Assembly (NCBI RefSeq): GCF_006345805.1
Contig: NC_043001.1
Location: forward strand, 66,030,001-66,094,000
Source: Octopus sinensis
Lineage: Eukaryota
Direction: 5' to 3'
DNA: 64,000 nucleotides
Shown here piece after piece: positions 1 through 13,389 of the stretch. Below the pieces are notes generated by a model, which was given only the letters and a program-made list of their open reading frames with translations, made no database searches and had not been told where the DNA came from. A program made the position numbers and the translations under genes. The stretch's first letter is position 1, and each line of letters begins with the position of its first letter.

Positions 1-1689
1 AAACGAGCAAATTCGAATTAGAATGGCTTTTGCACTTATAATTGAATAAATGAACATACTTTACAAATCAGAGTTTTGAAAGTATTTTCTACTCGCCTTT
101 CATCTGTTGACCTTGAGGTTAGCTTCATACATTATTATTTTCTATTAAAAGAGCGATTTATTGTATTTCAGCTTTTTGCATTCATATTGGCGAGTTCTGT
201 AGTGCTGCTGGGATTTTGTTGTGGTTGAAATTTCTTATTAGCTTGTTCTAAAAACAACTACGTGTTTTTTTACTGAATTTCTATCAAATATTTTATGGCA
301 CAAATTTGAAGCTAGTTGTATATACTTATCAAAATCAGATTTCTTACTATGCTTGCAAATGCATTTATGTTATACGGCGGAATATATCTCGCTGTTTCTG
401 AGTAAATTAATTTTTAGTACTGGTTATACTATTTGCTTACGTTTGTCATTGAAACCGCTTCCTTCTAAATCTAGGTGTGGGACAGCGTTATTAAATATTC
501 CCTTCTCTGACAATACAGTTTACATTCGTCTATTAATGTGATATGTTATATAATTATAGGCAGCTCCTTTGAATCTCGTTGATATGTATTGTTTGATTTT
601 TTTGCTGTTTGGTTTTTGGTAGAAGCAATGTTTTCCTGAATTTATGTTAATTCTGGAAAAAAAATTGTTACTTTTGAGTTTTTAATTTTGTGACTTTTAG
701 TTTGAACCCTTTTGATAATGTTAGTGTTTGCTTACGTTTGACCAGTTCATATTCTTTCATATTATGGGAAACGGCTATTCCATCATCTCTCTAGATGAGT
801 GAAGTGTTTTCTGTTTTTAGTGTGTGTTAATCAACGACATCCCACCTGTGAATATCCTATTCACTTTTTCTTAAGTATAGTGCACCCTTGACTATATAAT
901 CTATTATGTCATTTTTCGACATCACTAAACGTCATTTCTGTATTATTTATATGTTAAATGAGGATCAAATTCATACAACCTCTACTTCATAGAGATGATC
1001 CACATCCTCCACTTTCCTGTCCTAATCTCAGCTAAAAAGAAAGAGTCAATTTCGACTTCCCCATACATACATACACAAATGTGTCCATGAGAGTCGATTT
1101 TTTCCTAATTCAATGACTCATGTCACAAATAAATTCTATTTTTAGTTTAGATTTTTAATAAGTTGCTATACGTATTTTTTCTTGTTCATATTTATAGTTC
1201 ACATTTGGACTGATATTAGCAACCACTGAACTTGAATATATCTAGTTTGTTGTCTTTTACTAGTGTTACAAGAGATACTTTTCACTCACGACACTTATTT
1301 ATTTATGCATGCACGTATGTATGCTTGTGTGTATGTGTGAGTGCGTGTGTGTGTGCGTGTGTGCGTGTGTGTGTGTCTGTGTATGTGTGTGTGTGTGTGT
1401 GTTATTATTCAGTTTTATTTCAAGATTTCATGCCAATAGAGAAGGATCGGTTTCTAATCTAGATCCAAGGCTCCTTCATTGGAATTTCAACATCAACAAT
1501 AGGGTATTTTTCTTTGTATGTATGAATGCATGTATGTATGTATGTATGTATGTATGTATGTATGTAGTATGTATGTATGTATGTATGTATGTATGTACGT
1601 ATGTATGCATCTATGTATGCGCAGATTTGTAAGTTTTCTGTATGTATTCTCATGTATATAGTTGCATGTCTAGACATGCTCATATATAC

Positions 1690-3182
1690 TTAAATGATAA
1701 ACTTCTGGAAGGTTCTACAGATTTTTACAGTTCCAGTGATGGATTGAATCTGTAGTGATCGAATTAGCTTTCTCCTTTCTGGTTTTGAGAAGGCTAATTT
1801 GTCAAGGCAGTGTGTTACATATCCCAGGGCCCCAATTACAGGTATAAACTTAAACTTGTAATCTGGATAGATTAACTTCAGATTTCTCAATAGTTCACCG
1901 TGGGTGTTCTCATTTTCACTGGTCTTCAGTTTCATGCTAACATCCGCTAAGCAGCTAATTTCCACAGCTACGTACAGTTTCCTCTTCTCCAACGCAAATC
2001 ATTATATCAGGTCTGCTGTGCTTACATTTCATTAAGGTCTTCTCTAGTACATTCCATCAGCATTCCTTTTTATTTTGAGTGACTATGGCTGCTACCCTAT
2101 TGTGAGTTCTTATTTCTTTGTCCTCGGGATTATTCTTCTGACGGATTTCATTATAGAGTGTCCTAGCTACAGCATCATGTCTCCTCGGTAGATAATACCG
2201 TGATAACATTTTCAAACAACTGCTTATGATGTGGATGATACCTTCAGTGTAAACTCCACAGTGTAAAAAGTCTGCATCGATTGTCACATTTTACGGCTTT
2301 TCCTGCATCTCTATCACTTTTGTGCATCAGGTTTTTGGTTGATATTTCCTGTTCCTGGTTTGCAAATGCATACCCTTCAAAGTGGGAGGTGGTAATCTGG
2401 CTATTGGTGCATGAGAAACTGCTTTGACGATCGATGTTACTATCATCACGGAGCTTTCTACTACCATATCCATGCGTAGCCTTCTCCTTATATAGGCTCA
2501 TCCTTTCATCTGATGATACGTTGCAGTAGAGTCGTGCGACTTCTTTGGGCATGTATTCTAGGTTATCAGACAAGGAGTGTTGCGGAAGGATCTGTTTTCC
2601 AAGCCTTATGATGTTATCAGCGTCATGTATGCAAACTTGGTCAAGGGATGCACTTCAACACTTGCTGGTTAAAAGATGTTGCCGAAGGGATATGATGCGT
2701 CATTCAAAAGCATTTTGGATCGATGTTAAGCCTCTGCCGCCTTGTTTTTGTTTTAGATAGAAGCGGTCTACGTCACTGTTTATGTGGAAATTACGTGTTC
2801 TTGTTAGTATTTTCGGGTTTTCACATCAATGGCTCGGATCTCATCAAGCATCCAATCAAGTAGCCCGAGTTCTGAGGTTCAAATTTTATTTATTCGGCTG
2901 TAATATTCTTTAGTGAAACGTGGTTTTATTACAGGTGCCGTTGTAAGAAATATTTTCATCCACCCATAGATATCTGTAACATTCCTCGTCAGATGCAGGC
3001 GAAACAGCCAAATCATTGATGGAGATGTTACTAGTCTGGTTTATAGTTTTCCCACTTTCCGCGTCCATATAACATTTATTCTGACCAAACTCCAACCCTA
3101 CATCCTTTGAAAATGTTGTACCTAGGTCAAGGTTCTTTTTCATCTCATGCATAATCTTTGCATAAAGTTTTAAGTCATCCAC
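1690..3182 (-). mobile_element. Degenerate REL-type non-LTR retrotransposon fragment (RT C-terminal part, zinc knuckle, endonuclease)
   Basis: ORF pieces: MDDLKLYAK...FSKDVGLEFGQNKC (RT), HIISSC...RHDAVA (knuckle/RHD), AVEISC and FIPVIGALG (REL). Many stops and frameshifts. Confidence 0.85.
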
Positions 3183-3385
3183 AAAGAACCAACGTCTTAT
3201 TTTGGTATTTCTGTTTCCTTGTGAATCTCAGATATCCTGTGAACCAGTGAGATATTCTGTGTATGTGTGCATACATGGCTATTATGTATGTATGTATGTA
3301 TGTATGTATGTATGTATGTGTGTATGTATGTATGATATATGTATGTATGTATGTATATATGTATGTATGTATATATGTATGTATG

Positions 3386-3419
<34 letters not shown>

Positions 3420-3588
3420 TGTATGTATGTATGTATGTATGTATGTATGTATGTATGTATGTATACATATAGTTATGTACAGACATATCTAACATGTTTG
3501 TGTAATTTCGAACATGGAAAGACAATACTCTGCACAAATTGTCTCCAGAAAATAAATTTTCATTATATGTATGTAAACGCACCAGTAA

Positions 3589-3737
3589 GCCATGAATGAT
3601 GTCATCAGACTCTAGAACGCGTACGTTTCTGCTCGTTGCGCATTATCAGCTAGGATTACCGAGCCGTAGCTCTTGTGTTTGAAGAGCAAAGATGCAGAAA
3701 CGCAAGCGTCCTACGGTTTGGTGACATCAGTCATGGC
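3589..3737. mobile_element. Small imperfect fold-back element (MITE-like)
   Basis: gccatgaatgatgtcatcagactctagaacgcgtacgtttctgc pairs with gcagaaacgcaagcgtcctacggtttggtgacatcagtcatggc; about 44-bp arms, roughly 80% complementary. Confidence 0.55.
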
Positions 3738-3942
3738 CTAATGAGGTGTTTATGCTCATATAGTGTATAAGCAGAATTTCTTCTCTCGAGAAACTTGGGC
3801 AGCGTATTAACTTCCCAACTCCGAATGCATGTATACGAAGATGTTAAATATAAATAACATAACTATAATTCTTTCAACGCTGCTTAACGTGCATTTAATC
3901 TATATATATGTGTGTGTGCGCGTATGTATGTATGTTTATGTG

Positions 3943-4011
<69 letters not shown>

Positions 4012-4774
4012 ATATATGTATACATGTATATGTATGTATGTAATTACGCGTGTACATGTGTATTTATGTATATATGTATATACATATGTATTTATGTATG
4101 TAAATATTCTAGACCAGTCTGTATGTTAATATCAAGGGTTATCCTTACTAAGATTAACCTTCTAGACAGTACATGTTTTTATTGCTCTGTCATGTCTCTT
4201 GAGAAAGTAGTATGACATTTAAACGACCAGCATTGTAGCTCAAACTGTTGACATTAATTTCACATCGCCTAAAACCATTTTGAATCACCATTTCTGTTAT
4301 TGCATGAATAACTTTACTGGAATATTTCCTGTTCTTTTGTACCAGAGATTAAATCTTACTGCCCTCATATACACGTGTGTGTATATGTGTGTGTATGTGT
4401 ATATGCTGGTGTCTGTGTGATATCCACTACATTCGCGTAACTTAAAATTAAGGCCCAACTGCCCTTGATATATTAACTTATTATGCTCTGAAAATTTTCT
4501 TTTAAATGTCGGTTTACATATTTGATATATTAGAAAGAAGTTTCTCGAAAGATGATTGCAAAATATTCCCCAACACAATACTACTAATATTTGTTTCAAA
4601 TTTTGGCACTATTTCGGTCAGGGGTATGTCGATTAGATCGACCCCATTGCTCAGTTGCTACTTATTTTAATCGCTTCAGAAAGGATGAAAGGTGATTTCG
4701 ACCCCAATGTCATTTGAAATCAGAATGTCAAGTCGGAAGTAATACTGCTAGGCATTTTTCTAGCGCGGTAACGT

Positions 4775-5008
4775 TTATTTCTTTATTGCCCACAAGGAGC
4801 TAAACACAGAAGGGACAAACAAGGACAGACAAACGGATTAAGTCGATTATATCGACCCCAGTGCGTAAATGGTACTTAATTTATCGACCCCGAAAGGATG
4901 AAAGGCAAAGCCGACCCCGGCGGAATTTGAACTCAGAACGTAACGGCAGACGAAATACCGCTAGGCATTTCGCCCGGCGTGTTAACGTTTCTACCAGCTC
5001 GCTGCCTT
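4775..5008 (-). mobile_element. tRNA-derived SINE (ggcgagctggcagaa family); a more decayed copy lies at about 4600-4770
   Basis: Reverse complement of the copy at 10994-11232, including the B-box gagttcaaattcc and the cctttcggggtcgataaa core. Confidence 0.8.
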
Positions 5009-5464
5009 TAGTGCGGTAACGTTTCTAACAGTTCGCCGCCTTACGATACAACTAATATTAACTTCCAAATACACTTCTAATAATATATTCTAAATATTAA
5101 AATGTCACTCTGTCAGTTACGACAAGTGTTACTGTTGATCCGGTCATCAGAACAGCCTGCTCGTATAGCTTAACCAATGATTCATGCGCCATCACCTACT
5201 CTAAATACATTAACAGAAGGTTGTATGGAAGTCTTTAATGCGCCATAAGTAGGGAGCTTTTTCTGCTTTCAGTGTGTGAAATAAACCCGTGCATGAGAAC
5301 AAACTGTGACATCCAGTAAATAGAGCACTTCATGACAACAGGATAGACTGATGTGGAATTACTATTAATGTAATATGAATATCTATACAACTTTCTTCGT
5401 TCATGGTTAAAGAGAAAATTAATACGATGAAAGTAACTGTTTAACATATTATTACGGATATAAG

Positions 5465-5660
5465 AGGTGAGCTGGCAGAATCGTTAAGCACGTCGGTAAA
5501 ACTGCTTTGCTGCGTACGTTCTGAATTCAAACGTCACGAAGGTCAACTTTGTCTTTCATCCTGTCAAGGCCGATAAAATATGCACCTGTTGAGCAGCAGT
5601 GTGGATGTAATCGACTTACCTCTTCCCTCAAAATTGCTGGTTTGGTGCCAAAATTAGAAA
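5465..5660 (+). mobile_element. Decayed tRNA-derived SINE, same family
   Basis: ggtgagctggcagaatcgttaagcacg...gttctgaattcaaac...gtcaactttgtctttcatcc. Confidence 0.75.
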
Positions 5661-5989
5661 TGAATATATTATTACAGATATAAAAGATTTTATAATCAAT
5701 GTCAAAAGAGAAAAGAAAAAAGTGAGATTAAATGAAGTACATACATAAATGCGTGCGAGTGTGTAATTTAAAAGATTATTTCAAAGCTCAGTAGAAGAGT
5801 CTGATGTCTGTACAAGATACTCTAGTGCTTTAATGCGGGTTTAAACTAGAAAGTGCTGGTGTAAAATGCGCAGTTTTGCGTGGGAATGGGATAGCGCGTG
5901 TATAAAGTATCATAAAGAGAATATGCAGGTCAAGCGGTTGAGTTCATAGTGATTATTACTTCGACACCGATCTGCTATGACAGTTTTCC

Positions 5990-6335
5990 TTTGCCTGATA
6001 GCTATGGCGAAAAAGATTGTTTAGTGAACGAGACCTAAAGGTATGATCTTTGGTAGATCCCTCATCCACTTTTTCAAGTTTTAATTGAAAAGGAAATTGA
6101 GGGTGGAGAGGAAGGCGCTGTCTTCAAGGGAATTTATTGAAAGGTGAGTGAAAGTAGTGAAGATGGCAATGGCAAATGTGGATGGCACCAACCAGTGAGT
6201 TGGTTAACAATAATTGGAGAGGGCACTTGCTATTAGTGTTTAATGAGATCTTGGACAGTGGGGGTTTCTCGATTGGACATTTTTATGTTGTATTGTCCAA
6301 TCATCCGTAGCAAATAAAAGAAATTATTATTTTTG
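5990..6335 (+). mobile_element. L1/Tx1-type LINE 3' end fragment
   Basis: Translates to LIHFFKF*LKRKLRVERKALSSREFIER, matching the C-terminus of the Tx1 copy at about 24830-24930; ends at aataaaag + (tta). Confidence 0.65.
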
Positions 6336-6564
6336 TTGTTGCTATTTTTACTGTTTTCTTCTCCGTCGTTGCTATTGTTATTATTGTTTGGTTTTGGTCA
6401 GAAAGTTTGCTTCGCTCTCCCAATAATTCAGGATTTTATTGCCTTTTATTTCATGTAAATTATGTTACCAAAATTAGACTTTAAAATACTTCAATGTCTC
6501 TCCTGTCCTCACTGAACTAAAAAAAAATACGATCTAATTTACATATGCAGTAAAAGCAGCTCTA

Positions 6565-7079
6565 GTATAATAAATAATAAGTACGTATATTAATATATAT
6601 GCTTTGTGTATTTTCCGGTGGCTGCAATGGCGTAGCGGAGAATACAACTCTTATGTCGCCAGATGGAGGCTGTTATCTCGCCTGTACATAAGGTGTTTTA
6701 ACACCGGTGACAAATACACAAAGCATATACATTAGTATATGTATTTAATAATATTTATTATACCAGAACTGTTTTTACTTCATATGTAAATTTTCTGCTT
6801 GGTATGCAATTTCCGGGCATACCAGCTCATGATTTTACAAGCCATGAGCATATAAATCGTTGGACTGAACCCAGGTGGGTACATGATGTTGAAAAGCCAC
6901 AAAAATGCCAAAACATCAATGTCCATCACTCTCAAATGAGATTGGGGGTGAGTTATCTCGCCTGTCTATTACTCTAAGGTGTTTTAACATTAGTCACATA
7001 GTCCACTACGCCATTGCAGTCACCGGAAAATACACAAAGCATATACCTTAGTATATGTATTTAATAACATTTAGAATAC
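6565..7079. mobile_element. MITE-like fold-back with a duplicated right arm
   Basis: Left arm 6565-6620 is complementary to 6705-6763 and, more extensively (ccggtggctgcaatggcgtag), to 7003-7079. gttatctcgcctgt occurs twice. Confidence 0.55.
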
Positions 7080-7829
7080 AATCTGTTTTTATTTAACATT
7101 GTACGTTTTAAAATTTCGTAAAAATTTCTCTTATTCCCAATTCAATATGGATTCTTGTACAGGAGAAGTAGTAACAGGTAATCTCCACAGCGGTGGTCGT
7201 AAAAGCATAAATAAACAGGTCTACCATTTGCAAACCGTGAGAAAAATTAACACAGATACTACAAATGAGAAACAACCAAAACATGCCCGGTAACATTCAG
7301 TCAACAAATATAGATGAGAGAAAAAATATTTTTCTGACAAATAACGGTGACAATTCTGACAAGAAGCGAAAATGTAAACAACAATAATATTTTCAAACAT
7401 TTAAGCGGGGTTGGGGGCATCGTGGCAGAAGTTTTAGATTTATCCATGAACATTTGCCTTGTTTTCAGTACCAGAAATTAATAAAAAAAAAGCGGCTGAC
7501 AACCAGGAAGTAGCTACTCTTCAAGGTTGCCAGCCCAGCGTCTTGTGATAAGCAAGTATCATTGTTGCAACCTAAATTTCTCAAAATATTTGATTAAGTG
7601 TTCGAGATAATATTTTCTATTAGGAAGAACAAGAACAAACTGCTAGAATGAGCAATGAGAGAAAATAAGAAGAATAAGGCTCTCAAAGCGAACATAAGGG
7701 AAAGACAACTAAAACTTCCAAGATGCGATCTCATGAAACTGATATTCTTGAAGACTGTTTTTGGCGGCGAGGTTAAATAAGTAAACAATTTCAGAAAACA
7801 AACGAAGAAATTGGATCGCAATATGTTGA

Positions 7830-8603
7830 GCATTCCGGAGACAGGCTGCTGGTCTACCCAATGTTATCAACAACAGACACTTAGGTGCTTCCTCGAAAAC
7901 TCCAATATTCAAAATACTGACGTGCCCTTTCAAAACGTCAGACGATCGATACCCATATTGGGGGCATAAAGATAAAAATATCAGAGTTATAGCGTGCTCT
8001 GATTCAATCTCGAGGGACGTAGTTTGGTTGAACCAAAATGAAGTACCGAAAACCTTCCCTAAACCCGAGCTCTTCGAAAGGAAGGTTATGGTGACTGTTT
8101 GGTGGTGTACTGCTGGACTCATGGACTCATCCACTACAACTTCTTAAAATCCGGAAAAGTCATTACTGCAGAAGCATATTGCCATGAAATTGCCAAAATA
8201 AACGAAAAACTGATATTCCTCCGTCCCAGACTGGTGACAATGCTCAACCACACGTTTCACTAATGATCCTCCAGAAGTTGAGAAAACTGGCTACAAGTTC
8301 TTCCTCGTCCACTTTATTCCCCAGACCTTTCTTCTACCGACTACCACTTTTTCAAGCACCTTGATGGATTCCTGCGACAGTAGTTCAAAAATGAAACCGA
8401 TGCTGAAAGTGCATTCAAAAAGTTCATCAGCTCCAGAACTCCAGATTTTTATGTTACCGGAATAAACAAACTTGTAACTCGTTGGTAAAAATGTGTTGAT
8501 CGTAATAGTACTTAGTTTGATGAATAAAATTTCCGCATTGCTGAAATATATTGTGATGAATTTCATGTTTCAAAACGTTGCTTACATTTTACTCACCCTG
8601 ATA
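7830..8603 (+). mobile_element. Degenerate mariner (Hsmar1/SETMAR-like) transposase 3' part and right TIR
   Basis: KVMVTVWW, IHYNFL, YSPDLSSTDYHFFKHLD and GINKLVTRW motifs; ends ...ctcaccctgata. A related end recurs at about 9365-9416. Confidence 0.85.
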
Positions 8604-8629
8604 TATAAAGTTCAAAGGGCATGAAACTA

Positions 8630-9350
8630 GCCAACGCGTCACGTATATCTTCAGCTGTTATCGGCATTTCGCTGAACTCTCTGTCCCTGGCCAAAAGCCG
8701 CGGCATACTATCAAGGTAGGAAGTGAAAGTCACTTCCGCCTCCGGGCCACCGCGCGCCCCGTGCAGTTCAGCAAAGTGCCGCTGAAAGACCGAATTGTAG
8801 TTTTATTACCACTTTGCGCCTCGGTCACCTGGACCCATCGAATGGATTTCGTTCCCTCCTGCATTAGAGCACGCGCCCTAGCTCAGACAATGAAACCTTC
8901 ATGTTTGGTGTTGAAGAATTGGTTCAGAACCAATCTCGTTGCCAGAACGTCGGTCGCTATGCCTCTACTAATTTACTAACTTGGTCTTCTAATTTACTAA
9001 CTTGGTCATCCTCTACCCTAGTTTTCTCTATCGCTAGTTCTCTGCTAAATTCTACTACCATTTATTATTAATAATGGCACCAGTTAATGCCCTCAAAAGT
9101 AACTGTCTTATCCGACTCCTGTACTCCTCAGTCCAAGAGGGACTTGTTGAGTTTCCAGTAGCTAGATTCCTGTCAATGTAATCTAAGTCTAATCTACAGG
9201 TCACAAATTGTGATCACTGTAGTAGACGTGATGGAAACATGGACACTTAACTAACTCTTTATCTAGTTTCCTAGATACATTTACCTAGAAGATCCGTCGC
9301 TATTAGACAAGGTCCACACTGGAACGTCCAGAATTTCAGTCTTCTAGCTG
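8630..9350 (-). mobile_element. Degenerate L1/Tx1 ORF2 fragment (APE endonuclease end and linker)
   Basis: Colinear with 43960-44600 (DHKFVTC, GAIINNKW, ARARMQ motifs). Confidence 0.7.
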
Positions 9351-9465
9351 AAAGCGAATGAAAGTACGAATTCTTCATGGTTCAAAACGTTGCTTATTTT
9401 TTACTTAACCTGACACAGCTTTTGGGAGATGTCTACCGCAACTGGCAGCAGAATTCTCGCCGTTA

Positions 9466-10690
9466 ATTGTGCGCATGTGTGTGGGTCAGTGTGTGTGTGC
9501 GCGTGCCTATGCATGCATGTACGTATGTGTGTATGTATGTATGTATGTATGTATGTATGTATGTATGTATGTATGTATGTATGTATGTGTATGTATACAT
9601 GTGTGTGTATGCATATGTATATATGTATGTAGGAGGGGCAATGGCCCAGTGGTTAGGGCAGCGGACTCGCGGTCGTAGGATCGCGGTTTCGATTCCCAGA
9701 CCGGGCGTTGTGAGTGTTTATTGAGCGAAAACACCTAAAAGCTCCACGAGGCTCCGGTAGGGATGGTGGTGATCCCTGCTGTACTCTTTCACCACAACTT
9801 TCTCTCACTCTTACTTCCTGTTTCTGTTGTACCTGTATTTCAAAGGGCCGGCCTTGTCACTCTCTGTGTCACCCTGAATATCCCCGAGAACTACGTTAAG
9901 TGTACACGTGTCTGTAGAGTGCTCAGCCACTTACACGTTAATTTCACGAGCAGGCTGTTCCGTTGATCGGATCAACCGGAACCCTCGTCGTCGTAACCGA
10001 CGGAGTGCTTCCATCCATATGTATGTATGTGTGTGCATCTGTATGTATTCTGCATATTCATGTGCTTGCATGTCCGTGTTTGTGTACTTTTTATGTATGT
10101 GTCTGTGTGAGCGTGTGTTTGTCTATGTATTCAACTCTGTCTCCTTGTGTGTGCATGTCAGTGTGTGTGCGTGTGTGTGTGTGTTTTGCAACTATGTACC
10201 ATGTTTGTATGTATGGATGTACATCTCTACATGTGTGGGCCTGTGTCTCCATATGTATCCTTGTGTGGAGTAAAGTGTGTGTGTATATATGGTCATGTGT
10301 TTCAGTCTCCATTTCATTTGCGTATGTGTGCTTGTCTATTCATATAACCTATGTACCTATCCGTCTGTATGTTGATCTGTTTATCATCATATCCGTAGGT
10401 TTATACATGAGCAAATACACACACACACACACACACACACATACATACATTTACATAACAGACCACTAACTATTCTACTCTACCTGTGTAAACTGTGTGT
10501 ATGGAGGTATGATATCTACTATGTATATTTCCTATTTAGTATTGGGAGGTTTCATTTATAAGGACGTACTCCCGCATTTGTCTGGGTGTTGTGTCTTTTG
10601 GGTGCTTCGATAAGATGCGGATGTCAAGTTGACCCAAGTTGCCTCCATGGTGGTCTTTGGCATGTTAGTAGAGTATGGAGTATGGATGAC
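9466..10690 (-). mobile_element. Penelope-like element 3' fragment (GIY-YIG C-terminus and microsatellite-rich 3' region), interrupted by a SINE
   Basis: Reverse complement of 62480-63110, including HAKDHHGGNLGQLDIRILSKHP. Confidence 0.75.
9632..10012 (+). mobile_element. tRNA-derived SINE inserted in (TATG)n
   Basis: A-box TGGCCCAGTGG and B-box GTTTCGATTCC followed by a non-tRNA body. Confidence 0.85.
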
Positions 10691-10704
10691 TGTTTATTAT
10701 TATT

Positions 10705-11232
10705 AGCGGTATTTCGTCTGCCGCTACGTTCTAAGTTCAAAATCCGCCGGGTTCGATTAAATAAGTACCAGCTACGCCCTGAGGTCGATATAATCGATTT
10801 AATCCGTTTGTCTGTCCTTGTTTGTCCTCTCTGTGTTTAGCCCCTTGTGGGTATTAAAGAAATAGGTATTTGTTTGCACACCAACCGCAGCATCAAGTCC
10901 TCTATACGAGATAGGTACTTGTTCATTGCTATTGTAGAGGACCTATAGCAGAGTTCTACCTGCATCATTTCTGTGTCATGTCTACCATGCAAAAGGCGGC
11001 GAGCTGGCAGAAACGTTAGCACGCCGGGCGAAATGCGTAGCCGTATTTCGTCTGTCGTTACGTTCTGAGTTCAAATTCCGCCGAGTTCGACTTTGCCTTT
11101 CATCCTTTCGGGGTCGATAAATAAAGTACCAGTTTCCAACTAGGGTCGATGTAATCGACTTAATCCCTTTGTCTGTTCTTGTTTGTCCCCTCTATGTTTA
11201 GCCCATTGTGGGCAGTAAAGAAATACATTTCT
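10705..11232 (+). mobile_element. Two tRNA-derived SINE copies (about 10705-10880 truncated; 10994-11232 full length)
   Basis: ggcggcgagctggcagaaacgttagcacgccgggcg head, B-box gagttcaaattcc, shared tail cccttgtgggyartaaagaaata. Confidence 0.85.
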
Positions 11233-12100
11233 ACCATGTTTTTTGCTCCACCATTATTTGTCTTCTTAAGTTGTAATTTCTCCTCAACAAGTAGCGCAAT
11301 AACTCGGAGAAGATTCCTTGTTTGTGTTATGTCCTCCGTCTCGATGTAAGGTAAGACAATATTTATCTTTTGTGTTACTTTATTTATCATACTCCTATTT
11401 ACCCTTTTCATATTCATGGGGATTTTTTCTTCTGTAGCATTCACCAAGTCGGTGAATCGTCTTTGAATTCCATATCTAGTTGGTTCATTTACTCTGCATG
11501 TTCACCTACCACAGTATCAGGGTTCACTGTATAGCGTTCCTGTTTCTCATCCTTAACAGCCCTATAACCATTCCCCTGTTCCTCCTACCTGCTCTTCTCC
11601 CTGCTTTCAACTCCTACCTCTCTGTTTTCAACTCCGACCATCCTTTGTAGCCCATCCGCAGGGTCTCTCAGACTCTCACTAATCCGAGATATTTCTACTC
11701 CAGTTACCCTTCATCCTAATCATTCTCACTTGGTTCTTTAGTTTATTTTCTGACATTAGACACATGTCCTTTTCCATCCAAAATTTCATGGTACGTCGGC
11801 TTATTCGGCGACTTCTTTCCAGCTTTGCTCTCTCACGACATTCAATAAGCGTATCGTACTCTTCCTTCGTCCACTTATATATGTTCTTGCGCACACCGTG
11901 TATGTGATCTGTTGTGACATAACGAACTCCGAAGCCAGATCACTGCCCCTGATGCGGGCGGTTTCGGACATGCCGGGCGGGAAACCTTCACCATGATCGG
12001 CTAAATCTTCATTCCCGCCGTTAATTCTTTCGTTGTTGTGTTGCATCATGATTTCATGAGTCATTCGTGGGGTTCCCACGAGAGTTGTTATTGAGATCCC
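11233..12100 (-). mobile_element. R4/Dong-like retrotransposon 5' coding fragment (second family)
   Basis: YKWTKEEYDTLIEC...ENKLKNQVRMI (Myb-like N-terminus) and ITQTRNLLRVIALLV; near copy at 21780-22075. Confidence 0.65.
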
Positions 12101-12255
12101 ATCTCTCTCTTCCTCTCTTTATTTGTATATACACGTGCACATGTATTTACATACACATATATATATAAATAACGTGCATGCAGTGTCGCCTCCATAACCA
12201 CAGTGATTATCATTACCACTATCGTTCTACCTATAGCATTTAAAATTATCAATAA

Positions 12256-12628
12256 CTAGCAGTATCGCCCGGCGTTGCTCGGGTTTGTAAGGGAAATAAC
12301 TATAAAGCATTTTTAGAGAGTTATAGCCAAAAAATAGCAAAAAAATGGGAAAAAAAATAATGGTAAATTTTTTTTGATAGTTAAAAAGGTCGAGTTGCGT
12401 CCCCTAGACCATCTGTGGTTTGTGTTTCTGATTGTCGACCCCATGTCGAATTTATCGATCTTTTTCAGAACTGGGGGAACTTTTCAAAATTTTCGCTGCG
12501 TTAGTTTTGAATTATGACATTGGGCTATGTGTGTGTCAAGTTTCATCAGAATCGGTTGAAAGCCGTGGTCAGAGTGAGGGTACAACCAAACAGACACACA
12601 GACAAACTGCCGTTTATATGGAGAGAGA
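12256..12628 (-). mobile_element. Non-autonomous Helitron, complete termini
   Basis: On the minus strand: A|TC 5' start (tctctctccatataaacgg), GC-rich subterminal hairpin (cccgagcaacgccggg), 3' CTAG|T end; no TSD. Confidence 0.75.
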
Positions 12629-12786
12629 TAATATGGGTCCTGGTATATATTGCAGCAGATCTTCGTCACTACATATCAAATACTCGGCAAGCATTCTCCT
12701 TTCCTTATAAAATGGTCTATACTTATCAGTCCTCTGCCACCATTCTTTATTTTCATTTACAGTCTGTTTACGTTTGCAGTTAACAC

Positions 12787-12845
<59 letters not shown>

Positions 12846-13308
12846 TGAGAGAGCAGTGCATGCCATCAAAGTGACACTGGGAAAAATATACGAAGCCCAG
12901 TATACCATCATGACAAACTGTCTGATAAGGGTACACCAGTTAGAATTTTCTTATGGTTGAGAAACCCATTCCGCTCAAAAGGTCCCTGAATAAGGGTTGT
13001 TTAAGGATGTTGAACGAAACACCCATGTTTCCAGAGATGAATTATTCAAACCCCAAAGAATCCCTCTCAACACATGGCTATGATGCTCCCCCACTACTTC
13101 TGCTCGTGATCAGAGATGCACATATCATTAGCCACTAAGGGACATGCTCAATTGGTTATGGTCAAACAACTGACAAGCAAATCTGTAGTATTGAGCAGAA
13201 TATTTGCTGTAGCCATCTTTTATACGAAGACAAAACAATGTACATGATAACGCTTCCAATCAGTTAAGATCAGAAGCAACGAGAGCCACTGCCTGGTACT
13301 GCATCATA
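12846..13308. repeat. Interspersed non-coding repeat embedded in (TTA)n, copy 1
   Basis: High similarity to 20950-21437; this copy has an internal deletion of about 80 bp. Confidence 0.8.
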
Positions 13309-13320
13309 TTATTTTTATTA

Positions 13321-13388
<68 letters not shown>

Positions 13389-13389
13389 G

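Noticed and set aside
5273-5315. Plus-strand CEINPCMRTNC, EGF-like peptide after an AG
   Set aside because: Stop follows immediately, weak donor, no partner exons.
7108-7296. Signal-peptide-like ORF MFWLFLICSICVNFSHG
   Set aside because: The hydrophobic stretch coincides with a T-rich acceptor-like tract; no convincing donor or downstream exon.
9632-9705. tRNA-like sequences (also 10994, 37350-37422, 58417)
   Set aside because: A/B boxes lead into repeated non-tRNA bodies; these are SINE heads, not tRNA genes.
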